The notes: generated by a model not told the origin, from the sequence alone. A stretch of DNA of 63,384 nt, filler included, from Hyphochytrium catenoides (GCA_900088475.1; 8 parts of 8 records of this genome joined end to end with filler, not necessarily neighbours in it), one strand, 5' to 3'. Positions 10,708-23,749 are shown, counted from the first letter of the whole stretch. A program made the numbers and translations.

Positions 10708-11010
10708 ATGGAGGTGGAAGGTGACTCTGCGGCTGAGCTAGCAACGCCTTGGTGGCAGTTCCAAGGTGGAGGAGGCGAGGGAGACAGAGGAGGAGGAGAG
10801 GTTCCCTACTTTTCTCTTTTTGTCCAAGCCTCTTCTCTCCTCCTTTTGGCTGCTGGCTTTGGCATCCTCTTCGCAGCTTACTTCCAGGTACAGTCTTCTT
10901 CTTCTCATCTCTTCTTTCTCTCTTCTTTCTCTCTCTCCCTCTCTGACGTTTCTACCTTTCTCTCTCCTTCTCTCACCCTCTATCTCACTCTCTTTCCCTT
11001 TCTCTCTTTT

Positions 11011-11057
<47 letters not shown>

Positions 11058-11513
11058 GTTCACTTTCTTCCTCTCGCTCTTTCTTCTTTCTCTCTTTCTC
11101 TGTCTCTCTCACTATGTGTCTAACCTTCTCCTGCCTGTCATTAGCCTCTGGTGGTGATGGAGCTGTTGGTCAAGCGCCACCCTCGCGTCCTCTGGAAGAG
11201 CAGAACAAAGAGAAGAGTTCTCGCCCTGACGATCGACGACGCTCCTAATATGCACAAGGGCAAGAAGGGAGAGAGGGTGACGGAAGCAATCCTTGATGTT
11301 CTCAAGGAGCACGGCGTGCGCTGCACTTTCTTCATCATCTCCTCGCATGTGAGAAGAGAGAGAAAAGAAGAAAGTGACACAGCCGAGCACCGTGACGGCC
11401 TTCTCGTTAGAATGCTGAAGGAAGGCCATGAGCTAGGTGAAGACTGCTTGTCCAGCCCTTGCTTACTCTCTTTCTCTTGAGGATCGTCCCTCTCCGTTCA
11501 GATTTGTGCTTTG

Positions 11514-11551
<38 letters not shown>

Positions 11552-12488
11552 CTCGTCTCTTCCTCTCTCTCTCCCTTTTCCGCTCCCTCTCTCCAGCCCC
11601 AAATTTCTCTCTCGATCTTTCTTACTCTCTTTCATTGCTTCCTCCGCCTCTCTCACTCTCTGTTACCTGGCCTCCGTATCTCACCATCCCGTCTCTCTTT
11701 GTCTCTCTCTCTTTCTAGGGAACCATTTGACGGAAGACTTTCCTAGCATTCGCTACTCTCCTGCCGATTTTGAGAGACATCTTCTGTCTTGTGACCAGCT
11801 CCTCTCAGAAATCTCTGAAGTGTCTGACACTTCCTTTCCTCTCGCCTCTGGAGGAAAGAAGTGGCTGCGGCCTGGATCAGGTCTTGTTTCTCTTGAGTAC
11901 CTTTCTCTTTCTCTGTCTCTTTGCTTGCCAGCCATTGTGACTGTCGCCGTTTTTGTCTTTATCATCCTCTCTTTTGCTCTTTCTCTCTTTCCCTACCACT
12001 TGGGCCACACAGGCACTTCGTTGCGTCTTTTCTGTCTGTCCGTGGGATTCTCTCTCTTTCAAATAGTTTATGTTTTTACCTAGTCTTTCCTTGCTTCTAT
12101 TCCTTCTCCCTCTGAAGTCATCACGATACAGCGTCCCTGACGCTTTCACTCCTCTGGAGCTTGGATGATACTCTCTATTCCACTTTCCTTCTCTCCTTGT
12201 TCCCTTCTTTCTCTTTCTCTCTTTCTCTCTCTCTCTCTCTTTTTCTCTGTGCCTCTCACTCTCGCTCTCTCTTTGGTGTTTCTCTCCCTCTCCTGTGTGC
12301 CTCTCACTCGTCTCTCTCCCTCTCCTCTGTGCCTCCCACTCTCGCTCTATCTTTGCGTGTCTCTCTCCCTGTTCTCTCTCTCTCCCTCTCCATCTGCTCT
12401 ACATGCCGTCCTTTCGTCCAGGATGGTTCACCCAGGAGATGCTCCGGATCGCCGATCGACACAGCTATCGCATCGTTCTCGGGAATGN

Positions 12489-12537
<49 letters not shown>

Positions 12538-12670
12538 TGGGAAAGAAGAAGATCGAGATGCCCTGCGTTGGAAGAAGCGCTGGACAGGCAAGGATCTGTG
12601 TATGCCCGTTTGCCCCTTGTCTGTTTTATCATCGTCTCTCTCTTTCTCTCTCTCTTTCTCTCTCTCTCTT

Positions 12671-12701
<31 letters not shown>

Positions 12702-12936
12702 CTCTCTCCCCCCCCACCACGAAACCAAAGTGCATCACCTTTATGTCTTTATGACCATATATGTCATTCGCTGTCCGTGTCCTCTCCCTCATCTATCCCT
12801 TGCTCTTTCTTCAGGTTCTGTGATCATTCTCCATGACCGGCCTTGGACCGTAGGAGTTCTCAGGCGATGCCTACCAGAGCTCTGCAAGAAATATGAGTTC
12901 CTCACCCTCAGCGAGCTCGCAGCGCTGGATGACTGA
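10708..12936 (+). CDS. CE4/NodB polysaccharide (chitin/chitooligosaccharide) deacetylase with N-terminal membrane anchor; at least 5 exons
   Basis: Exons ~10708-10887, 11146-11437, 11719-11880, 12422-12486, 12815-12936 with GT..AG ends give LALTIDDAP, ILDVLKEHGVRCTFF, GHELGNH, WLRPGSGWF, GSVIILHDRPWT, FLTLSEL; one internal exon probably missing near the N at 12488. Confidence 0.85.
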
Positions 12937-13676
12937 AGCATAACATTGAGGCCACAGACCAGCTGACAGAAAAAGAGTCACGGACACGCAGATCTGAGGA
13001 AAAAATGACTGGCGCGAGGGAAGAAGATCCTTACTGTTCGTCAGCTCTCTGAGGCAAAAGAAAGAAAGCAAGATTCAACGCCGGAGAGTTAGAGCAAGGA
13101 CTGAGTATCGCGAGGTCTGAAAGAAGCGAAAGGGAACGAGAAACAACGATCCGCCGACTGGCACGCTCTTTGCCTGCATCAGACCATTTTTGATTACACT
13201 TTCTCCCATTCAACACGCATCCTTCCAGTTCCTCTCACCTGCTTCCACCTCTAGTTGAGTCCTTACTCATGCCTTGCCGCCTGCCTCTCTCTCTCTCTCT
13301 TTCTCTTTGAGGGATCTATTTTACGCTTCTCTCTCGTCCCTTCTCCGTTGCAAAGGCTTTCCATACTTTCCACAGTTAAAGAACACATTTTTGCTGGATC
13401 AGCACTGTCTTTGTTTGTTTACGAGAGAGAGAGATCATGATCGCTTGGCGACTGTTATAAGTAATGTTGCTAGGGCTTAACTGCTTGCTCTCTACCCATA
13501 TAGCCTTTATTGTTAGCCAGCACGACGGGCTAGTGATTGCAAGATAGGCAGAATGGAACTAGAGAGCTACGCAGATACCTGGTGGAGCGTGTGGTGAGGA
13601 ATGGGTGGCGCTGTTTCGTGTAGACAGAAAGAGAGAGAGTATAGTGGTTTGAGAAAGAGAGAGAGAGAGAAAAGAC

Positions 13677-14974
13677 CTAAAGTGCCTCTCTCCACTTTTG
13701 AGCGGTGGTCCAGGTAACGAAGACAAAGGTGACACAGCCAATGATGACCGTGGAATAGTCTAAGACTTTATCATGCAAGGTCGGCTTCGGATTCAGCTTC
13801 TGATAGAAAAGCGGGGGATAAATGAAGCTCAAGGGCACTGTGGAGAGACAAGGCAAGGAGATTCAAGCATCAGCATGAGGGAGGGAGATATGAAGAGAGA
13901 TCGGGCGGTAAAAGGCCTGGATCAGTCTTCCCATTGGGATTCCGAACAGCAAGAAGAGTCTAGGAGGGAGGACCTCTTGGGGAAAGCATGGACAGCTAAG
14001 ACATTCCAATCAAAGAAAGGTCAGAACGAGAGGTTGCTGGCCAAGCATGAGGGAGGCAGCTGGACCTTGACCTGGTTCAAAGTAGACAGGAGAGAATACC
14101 GTTGAGGACCAATGCACTGGAGTTTAGAGAGAGAGAGAGAGAGACGAGTAAATGGGGATGGGGAGAGAGAGGGAGAGAGAGAGAGAGAGGGAGGCTTACC
14201 GCAGCAGAAAGCTCCCACTACTGCCACGAAGAAGTCTAGCTTTGACTGTCCCAAGTAGGATATCAAGACTGTCACAACGACAATGACCGCCCTTAAGATA
14301 TTCTTCTGTCCTTTCATTCCGCTCCTTTGAGAAGGGAAGAGCAAAGAGTCTTCTACTATCTTTATCGCAGGGAAGAGGAAAAGAGGGTAAGAGAGCATCT
14401 GCGCGAGGGCGTAGCCTAGCTGCACAGACACAGCCCAAGGCCCAGATGGCAGGTTCGTGGTAGAGACTGTGTGGATGGAGGAGCCAAAGGCCGCGTACAC
14501 CGTGGCAGCAAAGAAAGTGTAGAAGAGAAGAAGAACGAAGACGGTGTATGACAGCAGCGCAGGGAACTTCTTCTCTCTTTCCCTGTTCAAGGAGGCTTGG
14601 GTTGGGATCACGAGACCGATGCCCTCGAACGTAAACACTGAGAGAGAGAGAGAGAGAGAGAGAGAAAAGAGCAGAGAGATGGGAGAAAATCGTCAGCCAT
14701 GAGAGGTCATAGAGATTGGAGGCTCGTCGGAGATAGCAGAGCGGAGGACGGAGTGAACGTCACACTCTCAAAAAGAAAGACGATGTTACAGGGCTGAGGA
14801 AGAGAAGAGAAGAGAGAGAGAGAAGAGAGAAAAAGAAAGTGGGAGAAGGATCTGTAGCATGATTGTTGCATAGCCATTTTAGAAAGTATGAGCCAGGCAA
14901 CAAAAGCTCTCTCATGGGTATATTCCGAGAGAGTCTCTATATGACCTTTCATCAGAAGGAAAAAGGATGAATGA

Positions 14975-15010
<36 letters not shown>

Positions 15011-15710
15011 AAAGAGAAAGAGGGCTGGTACCTGCAGTTCCTATGAAGGTTGTATAGTCGGACGTGTTAAAAAGTGTGCACTCCTGAGGTCCGTTGAGGG
15101 CGAGGAGATAGACAGAGTAGCCCAGGACAGAGGCCAGGCCGTAGAGGATGAAGAGATCCGCCAGCAGATTTGTCACAGAAAAATAGCTGCACGCCATGAA
15201 GGCGAAAGAAAGAAGAAAGAGCCAAGTGGTTGGAGAGAAGGTGAGAGAATGCGGAGATGCAGCAATGAGGGACACATCGGAAGGGATACAAAGTAAGAGA
15301 GAGGGGCTAGTGAGCAGAGGGAGTGTCCGTAGGAGAGAGGGAGACTTATGAGGGAGAGAGCCAGAGAGGAAGAGAGAAGAAAGTAAAATAAGAGAGAGAG
15401 GCAGCAGAAAATAGAGAGAGAGTGGAAGAGAACGAAGGAGGATGAGGTGAAAGAGAGCGATAGGCTTTTTCAAAAAGAGTGAATGGCATGGGGAGAGAGA
15501 GAGAGAGAACCAACGTAGTGGAACTACGGACCTGATGTGCCTGACCCAGCTGAGGGGAATGTACAGTGCGCTCTGCCCTAATATCAAGGTTGTAAGAGAG
15601 AGATCCAGTCCAAAGTGATGGAGCACGGACTGAAGGTTCGTGGCTACGAATATTGTGTATGTACAGCAGAAGCCTCCCTGCATTAGGATGATGGACACCT
15701 GGAGAGGGAA

Positions 15711-15743
<33 letters not shown>

Positions 15744-17339
15744 CAGAGAGCGAGAAGGGAGAGAGAGAGAAGTAGTGAGGGTGAGGGAGAGAGAGGTGAG
15801 AGAGAAGGGCATGGTGAGGAAGAGAGAGAGATATACGAGAGAGGCCTGCGCCAGCTTCAAGGAGAGAAGAAGGAATCATCCTTCACCGTTAGCGAGAGAG
15901 ATGTGGAGAGGATAAAAGAGCAAGAGAACCTGTACGATTCTTCTCCCCCATTCTCCGTAAGCCTTGCTCCCAATGTAACCGTACGAGCCGCCGACGAGCT
16001 TTCTGCATTCTAAAAGCCTGGAGGAAATAAAGAGATCAGGAGAGAGATTTATATAAGGAAGAAGGAGAGAGACGCTCCCCTTCTCTCTCGGAGAGAAAGA
16101 ATAGGAGGCAGAAAGGGGAAGAGAGAGAGAGAGAACGCAAGCGAGAGAGAAACAGGAGACGATAGACCTATCGAGAGCAAGAAATTGCTCTGACCTTAAC
16201 ATCGCAAAGAGAGTGAGCGCGGCGACAGCAATGAGGAGAAGGGGAGAGAAGATGATTCCTCCATTCATGAAGCCCTCCGGGAGAAAGAGAACGCCTGTTC
16301 CTACGAATGCCTTCAGAAGAGCGAGAAGCGCGTGTCCCAGCGTTGCTGTCTTGGAAGATTCGTCTCCTCCCTCCTGGAGAAGGAGCGGTGACGATTCAGT
16401 AGAGCCTTCAGCTATCAGTCTTGCTTGAGATCTACGCGAGAGGGAGAGAGAGAGAGAGAGAAAAGAGACAGAGAGAGAGAAAGAGCGCGCGAGAGAGAGA
16501 GAATAGACAGGAAGAGCATGCCGAAGCGAGAGACGGGAGAGACACAGAATGATACGTGAGGCCAGGCCTGGAAGAGAAAAGAGTCGAGGACCGTTCAGGA
16601 CGCGGTCAGACATCGTGAAGAGTGAGCCGGAAAGCAGCAGTCACGGTCAAAGGAAGCAGCAGCAAAGGATAAAGAGAAAGAGCTAGACACAGTGAAAGGT
16701 AGAGGAGTGGCGGATAAGCGAACACGAAAATGAGCTTTGGAAAGAAGGAAGGAAGGGAAAAAGAGAGAGAGAGAGAGAGAGAGAGAGGCATGAAGCGGCC
16801 ACATACCCCACTGGTTGGAGCTTGGGAGGGTGCAGCAGATAGTTGACCCGCTCCTCAGGCGTGAAGCCTTCATACTCATCAGAATCTAAGGAAAAAGGTC
16901 GTGAGAGACACAAGCATCCTCTGAACATAGAAAGAGACCAGAAACAGAAGAGCTCCAGAAAGAGAGAGAAAGAGAGAGAGGAAGAGAGAGTCCGAGAACC
17001 ACAGCGAGATATAGACACAAAGAGACAGACAGACAGAGACAAAGCCGTGGACANNNNNNNNNNNNNNNNNNNNNNNNNNNNNNNNNNNNNNNNNNNNNAG
17101 AGAGAGAGAGAGAGAAGAGAGAGAAGAGAGAGAAGAGAGAGCCGGACAGGCAGACATGCAGGCAGATTGAGGAGGAAGAATCCTTCCCTACCTGGTGTGA
17201 AGAGAGCGCCAACATATGGGTCATAGACTCTCTCAAGCTTGCCTAGGAGAGAAGGATGATGTACGGACCGTTGATCGCTGTGCTGGCCTGCCCGAGACGC
17301 CAGGGGCTCTGTTCTCTGGGTCTCTCTCCTCTCACTCAT
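13677..17339 (-). CDS. AAAP family (AVT3/AVT4-like) vacuolar amino-acid transporter, multi-exon
   Basis: Spliced exons give LLKAFVGTGVLFLPEGF.NGG, GFCCTY.IFV, LSWVRHISYFS, FIGTAVFTFEGIGLVIP, QMLSYPLFLFPA, VVGAFCCVPLSFIYPPLFY; stop TAG 13677; start uncertain. Confidence 0.9.
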
Positions 17340-18219
17340 CTTGCAGTTCCAAGGCAGACACAGGGAAAGAGATAGAGAGAACGAACCGAGAGACTAGGGA
17401 GGGGAAGAAGTTCTGATGAATAAGAAACAGAGAGAGATGGAAGAGTGAGAGAGAGAGAGAAACTTCAATGGAGAGAGAAAGAGAGTGCCACAGGGACCCA
17501 AAAAGCTTCACAATGGCAGTAGTGGCTCTCTCTTTGTTGCTCTGGTAGATCCGTGCTATTGATGACTGATGACCTCACCGAGCACTAGTCTCTCCTGCTT
17601 GAGGGCTTGTCTCTTCTTGTCTCTCGTCTCTTGTCTGTTCTCTCTTCCCTTTTGCCCTTGCTCCCTTTCTCCCTTCTCTTTCCTCTCTCCCTCTGTCTGT
17701 CTCTCTCTCTCTCTCTCTGTCTGTTCTCTCTCTCTCTCTGTTTCTCTCTCTTTTTTTCTCTCTCTTTTTTTCTCTCTCTCTGCTTTCTCTCTCTCTCTCT
17801 GTTCCTCTTTCTGGGTTACCCTCTCTCTCTGTTTCTCTCTCCCTCTGGTACTCTGTCTCTCTGTCTCTCTCTCTCTGTTTCTTTCTTTCTCTCTCTCTCT
17901 CTCTCTCCCTCTCTGCATTGACAACCGCATCAAGCCATCAATCACAGAGACCGACAAGACATAAATTACATCAAAGTGCTCTGATCAAGGACTAGTACAG
18001 AGGTATTAGGGATAGAAGGTTGTCGTTATCATGCTCGTGCCGTCGTTATCCACATTATAATGGCACATCGCCTGTATACATTCTCACATCGTCCTACGCA
18101 CAGAGACCTAGCTGGTAGAATCCGGGATCTGAATGACTACTGAGGCTTAATATAGCGGTTACCGGCTCTCATTGTTGAAGATGGATCAGGAGGATTGACC
18201 TCAAACCGGCGAGGTCTCA

Positions 18220-18269
<50 letters not shown>

Positions 18270-19136
18270 GCTTATTTTTACCCATTCTGCTGGTCTTTAA
18301 CTTCCTGTCTGAAAGAGTCAGACGGGGCCAGAAAGATGCCAGGGTGGAATTCAACCATTGCGTGAAGCGACAACTTCCCTGCCAATTGCTCAACTCTTTC
18401 TCTCTCTCTCTCCATCTCTCTCAATGTGTCTCTCCATAGTACATTTTCTCCCGAATCGTTCTGCACTCTTCTCATTGCCTGTCTTAGAAAGGTATCAATC
18501 TTCCTAGGCAAGCGTCAATGATGTCTGAAGCGCCGCGGGTGAAGAAGAGGAAAGATTCGTGAGCCGGGGATCCCTTTGCAGGCGGAAGACTGAAGAAAGA
18601 TCCTAGCCGAGACAGGAAAGACGTAAGATCTCGATAACAGTAGGGCTTAGTGACAGTCACTAGCGTAAAGTGAGAGAGAGAAGAAAAGAGTAAGCCTTCC
18701 TCTTCGTTGGCTAGAGAGATGTACTATCAGCGCCATTCTCTATGTGTCTACCTTACCCTCTTTCTCTTCCACGATCAACTAATCTTTAATTTCCTTCTAC
18801 TTCCGTGTAGACCATTTCTCTCTCTCTCTTTGTCCCTCTCTCTATACGACCTATCTATCTCCCTCTCGTTCATTATCTCTCGTACTTCTTTTCCATCTCT
18901 TCTCCCTATTTCCCTCCCTCTCGTATTCTCTCTCTGTCTCTCTCGGTCTCTGTCTCTCTCCCTCTCTCTCCCTCTCTCTCNNNNNNNNNNNNNNNNNNNN
19001 NNNNNNNNNNNNNNNNNNNNNNNNNNNNNNNNNNCTCTTATTATGTTGTCTATCCTGCCCCTTCATCTTTCCCTCTTTCTCTTTCTGTCTTATAATTTCC
19101 CTTGTCCTGTACTTTATACTCTCCTAATAGAATTAA

Positions 19137-20207
19137 TCATGATGCTGCGGCAGGGGATTCCTCTCCTCTCTCCTCCGCGATGATTGTACCGCTCTCCCCA
19201 GATCCAACACACTCTCTCTCTTCACTTGTTGCTGGCTTTCTCCCTCTTCTTAGCGCTCTCATGATTCTTCTTCGGTTATCTCCTCTCCCGAAAGAGTGAG
19301 GATCACTTGGGAGATAGGGGAGAAGAGAAGTTATCTGGCGAGGCGTAGACTGAAGAGAGAGAGATAACAAGAGCTCTGCCATCTCTTCATCTTCGCTCTC
19401 TCTCCTAGACGCAGGGAAAGGTAGCCGAGAAGAGAGAGACGAGAGAGATTCCGTGGGAGAGAAAGCGTTGTCTCTCTTGTCGAAGAGAGAGCTCTGCCTC
19501 TGGCATGAGTGGGAGAGAGACGATGTAACTGAAGACAAGCCTAAGAGAGCTTCAGCAGCCTCCACTTCCTCCTTTAGGTGTTGAGGGGGCGATGTCTCTC
19601 TCTCCAGGTTGTGCGGCTGATGGTGGTCTCTTCTCTCTCTCTCACCTTCAGACTCTTCTGCTTGGTCACTCCCGGCCTCTTTTTCTCGCTGCGATGTAGA
19701 GATGGTGTCCCTAGAAGTGGGACTAATGAGATGAAAACAGTGGTCCTGGGGCTGAGAGAGAGAGAGAGAAGCACGGTCTTTCTCTCTCTCTTCCTCTTTG
19801 ATCTCCTCGTCTTGATCCTTCTCTTCTACCTGGAACGATAAAGGAGGACGGGAGAGAGAAGCACGGTCTTTCTCTCTCTCTTCCTTTTTGCCCTCCTCGT
19901 CTTGATCCTTCTCTTCTACCTGGAAGGATAAAAGAGGAGGACCAGGAGAGACGAAGAGATCCTTTTTGGACGAGAGAGACTGTGACGCTTTGAGCTCTCT
20001 TCCTTGTAGAGGCGTGCCTGTTCTCTCTTCTCTTGCTTGTGTTATGATATTCCCGGCGGGAGAGAGAGAAGCAACAATTAGCCTGTCCAATTCAGTCACG
20101 AGCTCTTCCACGAGAGGGTCCCTCTCTCTCTCCAGCGCCGGTCCCATCTCTTTCTCTTCGGAAGAGAGAAGGTCAGGCCTAATCAAAGCAGAAGCAGGAG
20201 ACGCCAT
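19137..20207 (-). CDS. Hypothetical low-complexity Ser/Glu-rich protein (356 aa), possibly with a further exon at 18278-18505
   Basis: Long ATG-started ORF, internal duplication LSFQVEEKDQDEE..EEREKDRASLS x2, two helical EAAEALLGLS/EMAELLLSLS motifs. Confidence 0.45.
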   Translation of the reverse strand: MASPASALIRPDLLSSEEKEMGPALERERDPLVEELVTELDRLIVASLSPAGNIITQAREERTGTPLQGRELKASQSLSSKKDLFVSPGPPLLSFQVEEKDQDEEGKKEEREKDRASLSRPPLSFQVEEKDQDEEIKEEEREKDRASLSLSQPQDHCFHLISPTSRDTISTSQREKEAGSDQAEESEGERERRDHHQPHNLERETSPPQHLKEEVEAAEALLGLSSVTSSLSHSCQRQSSLFDKRDNAFSPTESLSSLSSRLPFPASRRESEDEEMAELLLSLSLQSTPRQITSLLPYLPSDPHSFGRGDNRRRIMRALRRGRKPATSEERECVGSGESGTIIAEERGEESPAAAS

Positions 20208-21869
20208 TGGAGGGTCTGACTATGAAGAAAGTGAAGTCAAGCGAAGGAGAGAAGGTAAGGAAAGATGTGAGAGCGGACGCAATGGAAGAGAGACTCGCGA
20301 GTTATGGCGAACCGAGCAAAAGAATGAAGATGTCAGGGCCGCTAAAGGAGAGAGGATGAGTGTTCCATTTCAGGGAGAGAGACCGTGGTTTTTTCTCTTC
20401 TTCTTTCATCTCACATCTGCTACTTTCTCTTCTTTGGAATATTCCAAACTCTTTAAACTCTCCCTTTCCCATCAACAGTGACGGGAGAATCGAAGAGAGA
20501 GGGAGAAAGGGGAAACAGAGCGAGGCGTTGAGAGTGAAAGAGAAAGAGAGATACAGGGTGAGGAGAGAGGGCGAGAGAGAGAGGCAAAGAGAATGTGAAC
20601 GGGGAGAGAGAAACAAGGGGGAAAAAGCAAGAGACAAGGGAACATTCTCTCTCTCTGTTCCATCTGCAGCCTCCTTCCCTCCGGCTGTTCACTCTCTCTG
20701 CTGTTTCTCCCTTTCACTCCGGCTTGGCTCTCGCTTGCTCTATGTCTCTTTCCCTTTCCCCCTCCTTTCACTCTCTCTCTCTCTCTCTCTGTATCTCTCA
20801 CTCGTGCCAGACTGCTCCCTTTCATAACATTAGTGACTTGACTTCTAAGTGTAAGAAGGAAGGAAGAGAAGGGAAGCTGGCATCAGAATCAGTGGCTGTG
20901 TGACCTTTGGTGAGATGATGGATATATTTCACTATCGTAACCTTCAATGAAATCTTTCAAAAGCGCCATTACCAGTAGCTGTCGCATGTCTGAAATTGTT
21001 GAAAGCTATCAAGTAATGGAAGCTTTCTTTTGTTTCTCTCTCGTTACTCTCGTTTCTTGGGNNNNNNNNNNNNNNNNNNNNNNNNNNNNNNNNNNNNNNN
21101 NNNNNNNNNNNNNNNNNNNNNNNNNNNNNNNNNNNNNNNNNNNNNNNNNNNNNNNNNNNNNNNNNNNNNNNNNNNNNNNNNTGTCTCTCTCTCTCTTTCC
21201 TTTTTCTCTCTCTCTTCTCTGTGTCTCTCACTCTCCGGTGCGCTTTCTCTGCTTATCTAGAATTTGCTTATTGTCGTTCAGGGTTTTCTCTCTCTCTTTC
21301 CTTGGACTCTCTCTTGCTCTTTTTAGCTCTTTCACTCGCACCAGGGGAGAGCGCTTTCTCACCCTCAGGATACTCCTCTCTCTCTCTCCATCCCTCAACA
21401 CCAACGTTCTTCTCTTCTCGTGATGATGCCACATCGGTCTCCTGGCCTTCCTTGCTTACCCGCTCACCGGCCTGTAAGCTCCCTCGTCGCTTGCCCAGTT
21501 CCTCGCTCTTCAAGGGTTTTATTCTCGTTCGCGTGGCATCTCTCTCTCTTTCTCTCTCTCTCTCTCNNNNNNNNNNNNNNNNNNNNNNNNNNNNNNNNNC
21601 TCTCTCTCTCTCTCTCTCTCTCTTTCTCCCTCTCTCTCTTTCGCCTTATTCTCACCTTTCTCTTCTCACTCTTACTCTCCCTCTGTTCTCGCGGCTCTTG
21701 TTAGCTTGAAAGAGAAAGTCGAGGATTTAAGCTTTTCATAAGGATATTTGTGCACCTACTCTCTCTCTCTCTCTCTCCGCCCCTCTCTCCTTCATTCTCT
21801 CCTACTTCTCTCTTCTCTGTCTCCCCTGTATCTCTTCATCCTGGCTCCTGTCTTTCTCCTAGATTTTTT

Positions 21870-22834
21870 TTACTTCTTGCCCTTCTTTCCTTTGCTCTTC
21901 TTCTTGGCGGCAGCAGCTTCTTCTGCTGCTTTGGCTGCAGCAATTCTGGCATCTTCCTGNNNNNNNNNNNNNNNNNNNNNNNNNNNNNNNNNNNNNNNNN
22001 NNNNNNNNNNNNNNNNNNNNNNNNNNNNNNNNNNNNNNNNNNNNNNNNNAGAACGAAAGAAAGAGAAAGGTAGATGCAGGAGGAGAAATGAGAGATAGGG
22101 ACGATTAGAGGAAGAGAGGGTAAAGAGGAAAGAGGCCTTTTATTAGATGGACAGAAAGAGGGGAGAGATCTTGAGGACAATGCCCAGAGAGAGAGAGAGG
22201 GAGAGAGAGAAAGAGCCACTGGCTGAAGAGAGAGAGAGAGTGAGCGAGGAAGAGCGAACTCTCTCTTCTTACCTCTGCAACTCTTTTCTCTTCTGCCACA
22301 AGGAGGCTTGCTCTCTCTTCCTCTATTTTCTTTGCCTCCGCTCTCTCCAACTTGATTCTCCCTAGATCCAACTTATAGAGAGAGACATTCTCCTCCAGTT
22401 TGGCACCAATCTAGTGGCAGGCCGGACAGACAGAGGAGAGAGGAAGTACACGGTAGAAAGAGACAAAGAGACAGAAAGAATAATGGAGGGAGAGAGAGAG
22501 AGAGAAAGAAAGAAAGAAAGAGAGAGAAAAAGAGAGAATCGGGGGAGAGGAGGAACAAATTTGGAGGAAGGAGAAGAAGAGAAAGAGAGAAATAACGGAA
22601 AGTGAGAGAGAGAGAGCGTGCACTCTATAAGAACAAAGGTCGGTCACAATCATCGCTGTCGGTAGAATCGCTGGATTCCGATGGCATCAAGGCGGAAAGA
22701 GAGATTATTGAGAGATACTCCAGAGAGTGAACGAGAGATAATGAGAGAAAGAGAGAGAAGAGAAAGAGAGAAGAGCTCAGAAAGATAAGGGAAACAGACT
22801 GCAAAAAAAGAGAGACAAAACTCCAGCGCAATAA

Positions 22835-22871
<37 letters not shown>

Positions 22872-23091
22872 TTTTCCTCTCTTGTCCCTTCCTCCCTCTA
22901 CCTTTTGTAGCTCTTCGACTCCGATGTCGTTGGTTCCTAGCTCAAGGATGCGGATCTGGTTGTTTCCCTGCAGCCCCTGGAGCAGCAGCCGCCCGCCCTC
23001 TCTCCCGATCCCAGCCCCGAAGAGGTTCAAACCCGTGAGAGACTTATTGACACGGAGCATCCCGCCTAACGCCTGCAGGCCCTGTGTGCTC
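21870..23091 (-). CDS. RNI-like leucine-rich-repeat protein with C-terminal coiled coil and KGKKGKK tail; 3' part only (5' end lost at scaffold end)
   Basis: GLQALGGMLRVNKSLTGLNLFGAGIGREGGRLLLQGLQGNNQIRILELGTNDIG exon; EAKKIEEER.. exon; last exon EDARIAAAKAAEEAAAAKKKSKGKKGKK* (TAA 21870). Confidence 0.75.
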
Positions 23092-23092
23092 T

Positions 23093-23127
<35 letters not shown>

Positions 23128-23649
23128 AGAGAGAAAGAGAGAGAGAGAGAGAGAATGGGGAGAGGGAGAAAATGAGAAGGAGTAGGTTGGGGGTGGGGTT
23201 AGGACGGAAGAACACCAGAAAGAAAAAGAAGAAGCGAGCCATCAAGGAAAGGAGAAGGTATGGCCTGATCAGGGAGAGAAAGAGACATGAAAGACGGAAG
23301 AGAGAGAAAGAAAGAGGACTGAAGAGACAGAATGAAAGATGAGTGAGAGGAGTACATAGAGAGAGATGCTAACCTTTGGAGAGCAGTAGAGATGAGAAGA
23401 GAAGGCAGCCGCAGACGAGCAGCAAAAGGAAGTGAGAAGTGTTGTCTGGCACAAAGAGAAGAAACGGAACGCAACGAAGAGACCAAGTAGAGAGATCAAG
23501 TGAGTCAGAACAACGGGAAGAGTGGTGAGAGACATAGCTTTAGAGAGGAAAGAATGAATCTTAAGGAACAAAGGGAGGACACAGACGGACAGAAAGAGAG
23601 GTAGAAAAAGAAAGAAAGAGGGAGAGAAGAGAGAGAGAGAGAGAGAGAG

Positions 23650-23749
23650 NNNNNNNNNNNNNNNNNNNNNNNNNNNNNNNNNNNNNNNNNNNNTTAATTA
23701 ATTAANNNNNNNNNNNNNNNNNNNNNNNNNNNNNNNNNNNNNNNNNNNN
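23650..23749. other. Artificial scaffold-concatenation linker (N44-TTAATTAATTAA-N44); others at 36259-36358, 43621-43720, 45530-45629, 47970-48069, 49631-49730, 59922-60021
   Basis: Identical 100-nt spacer containing stops in all six frames occurs seven times; genes are truncated at these points. Confidence 0.97.

Noticed and set aside
12486-12815. CE4 gene apparently lacking an internal motif and showing a (GA)n tract against the usual polarity
   Set aside because: Coincides with a single-N join at 12488; more likely a local assembly gap or misjoin than pseudogenisation
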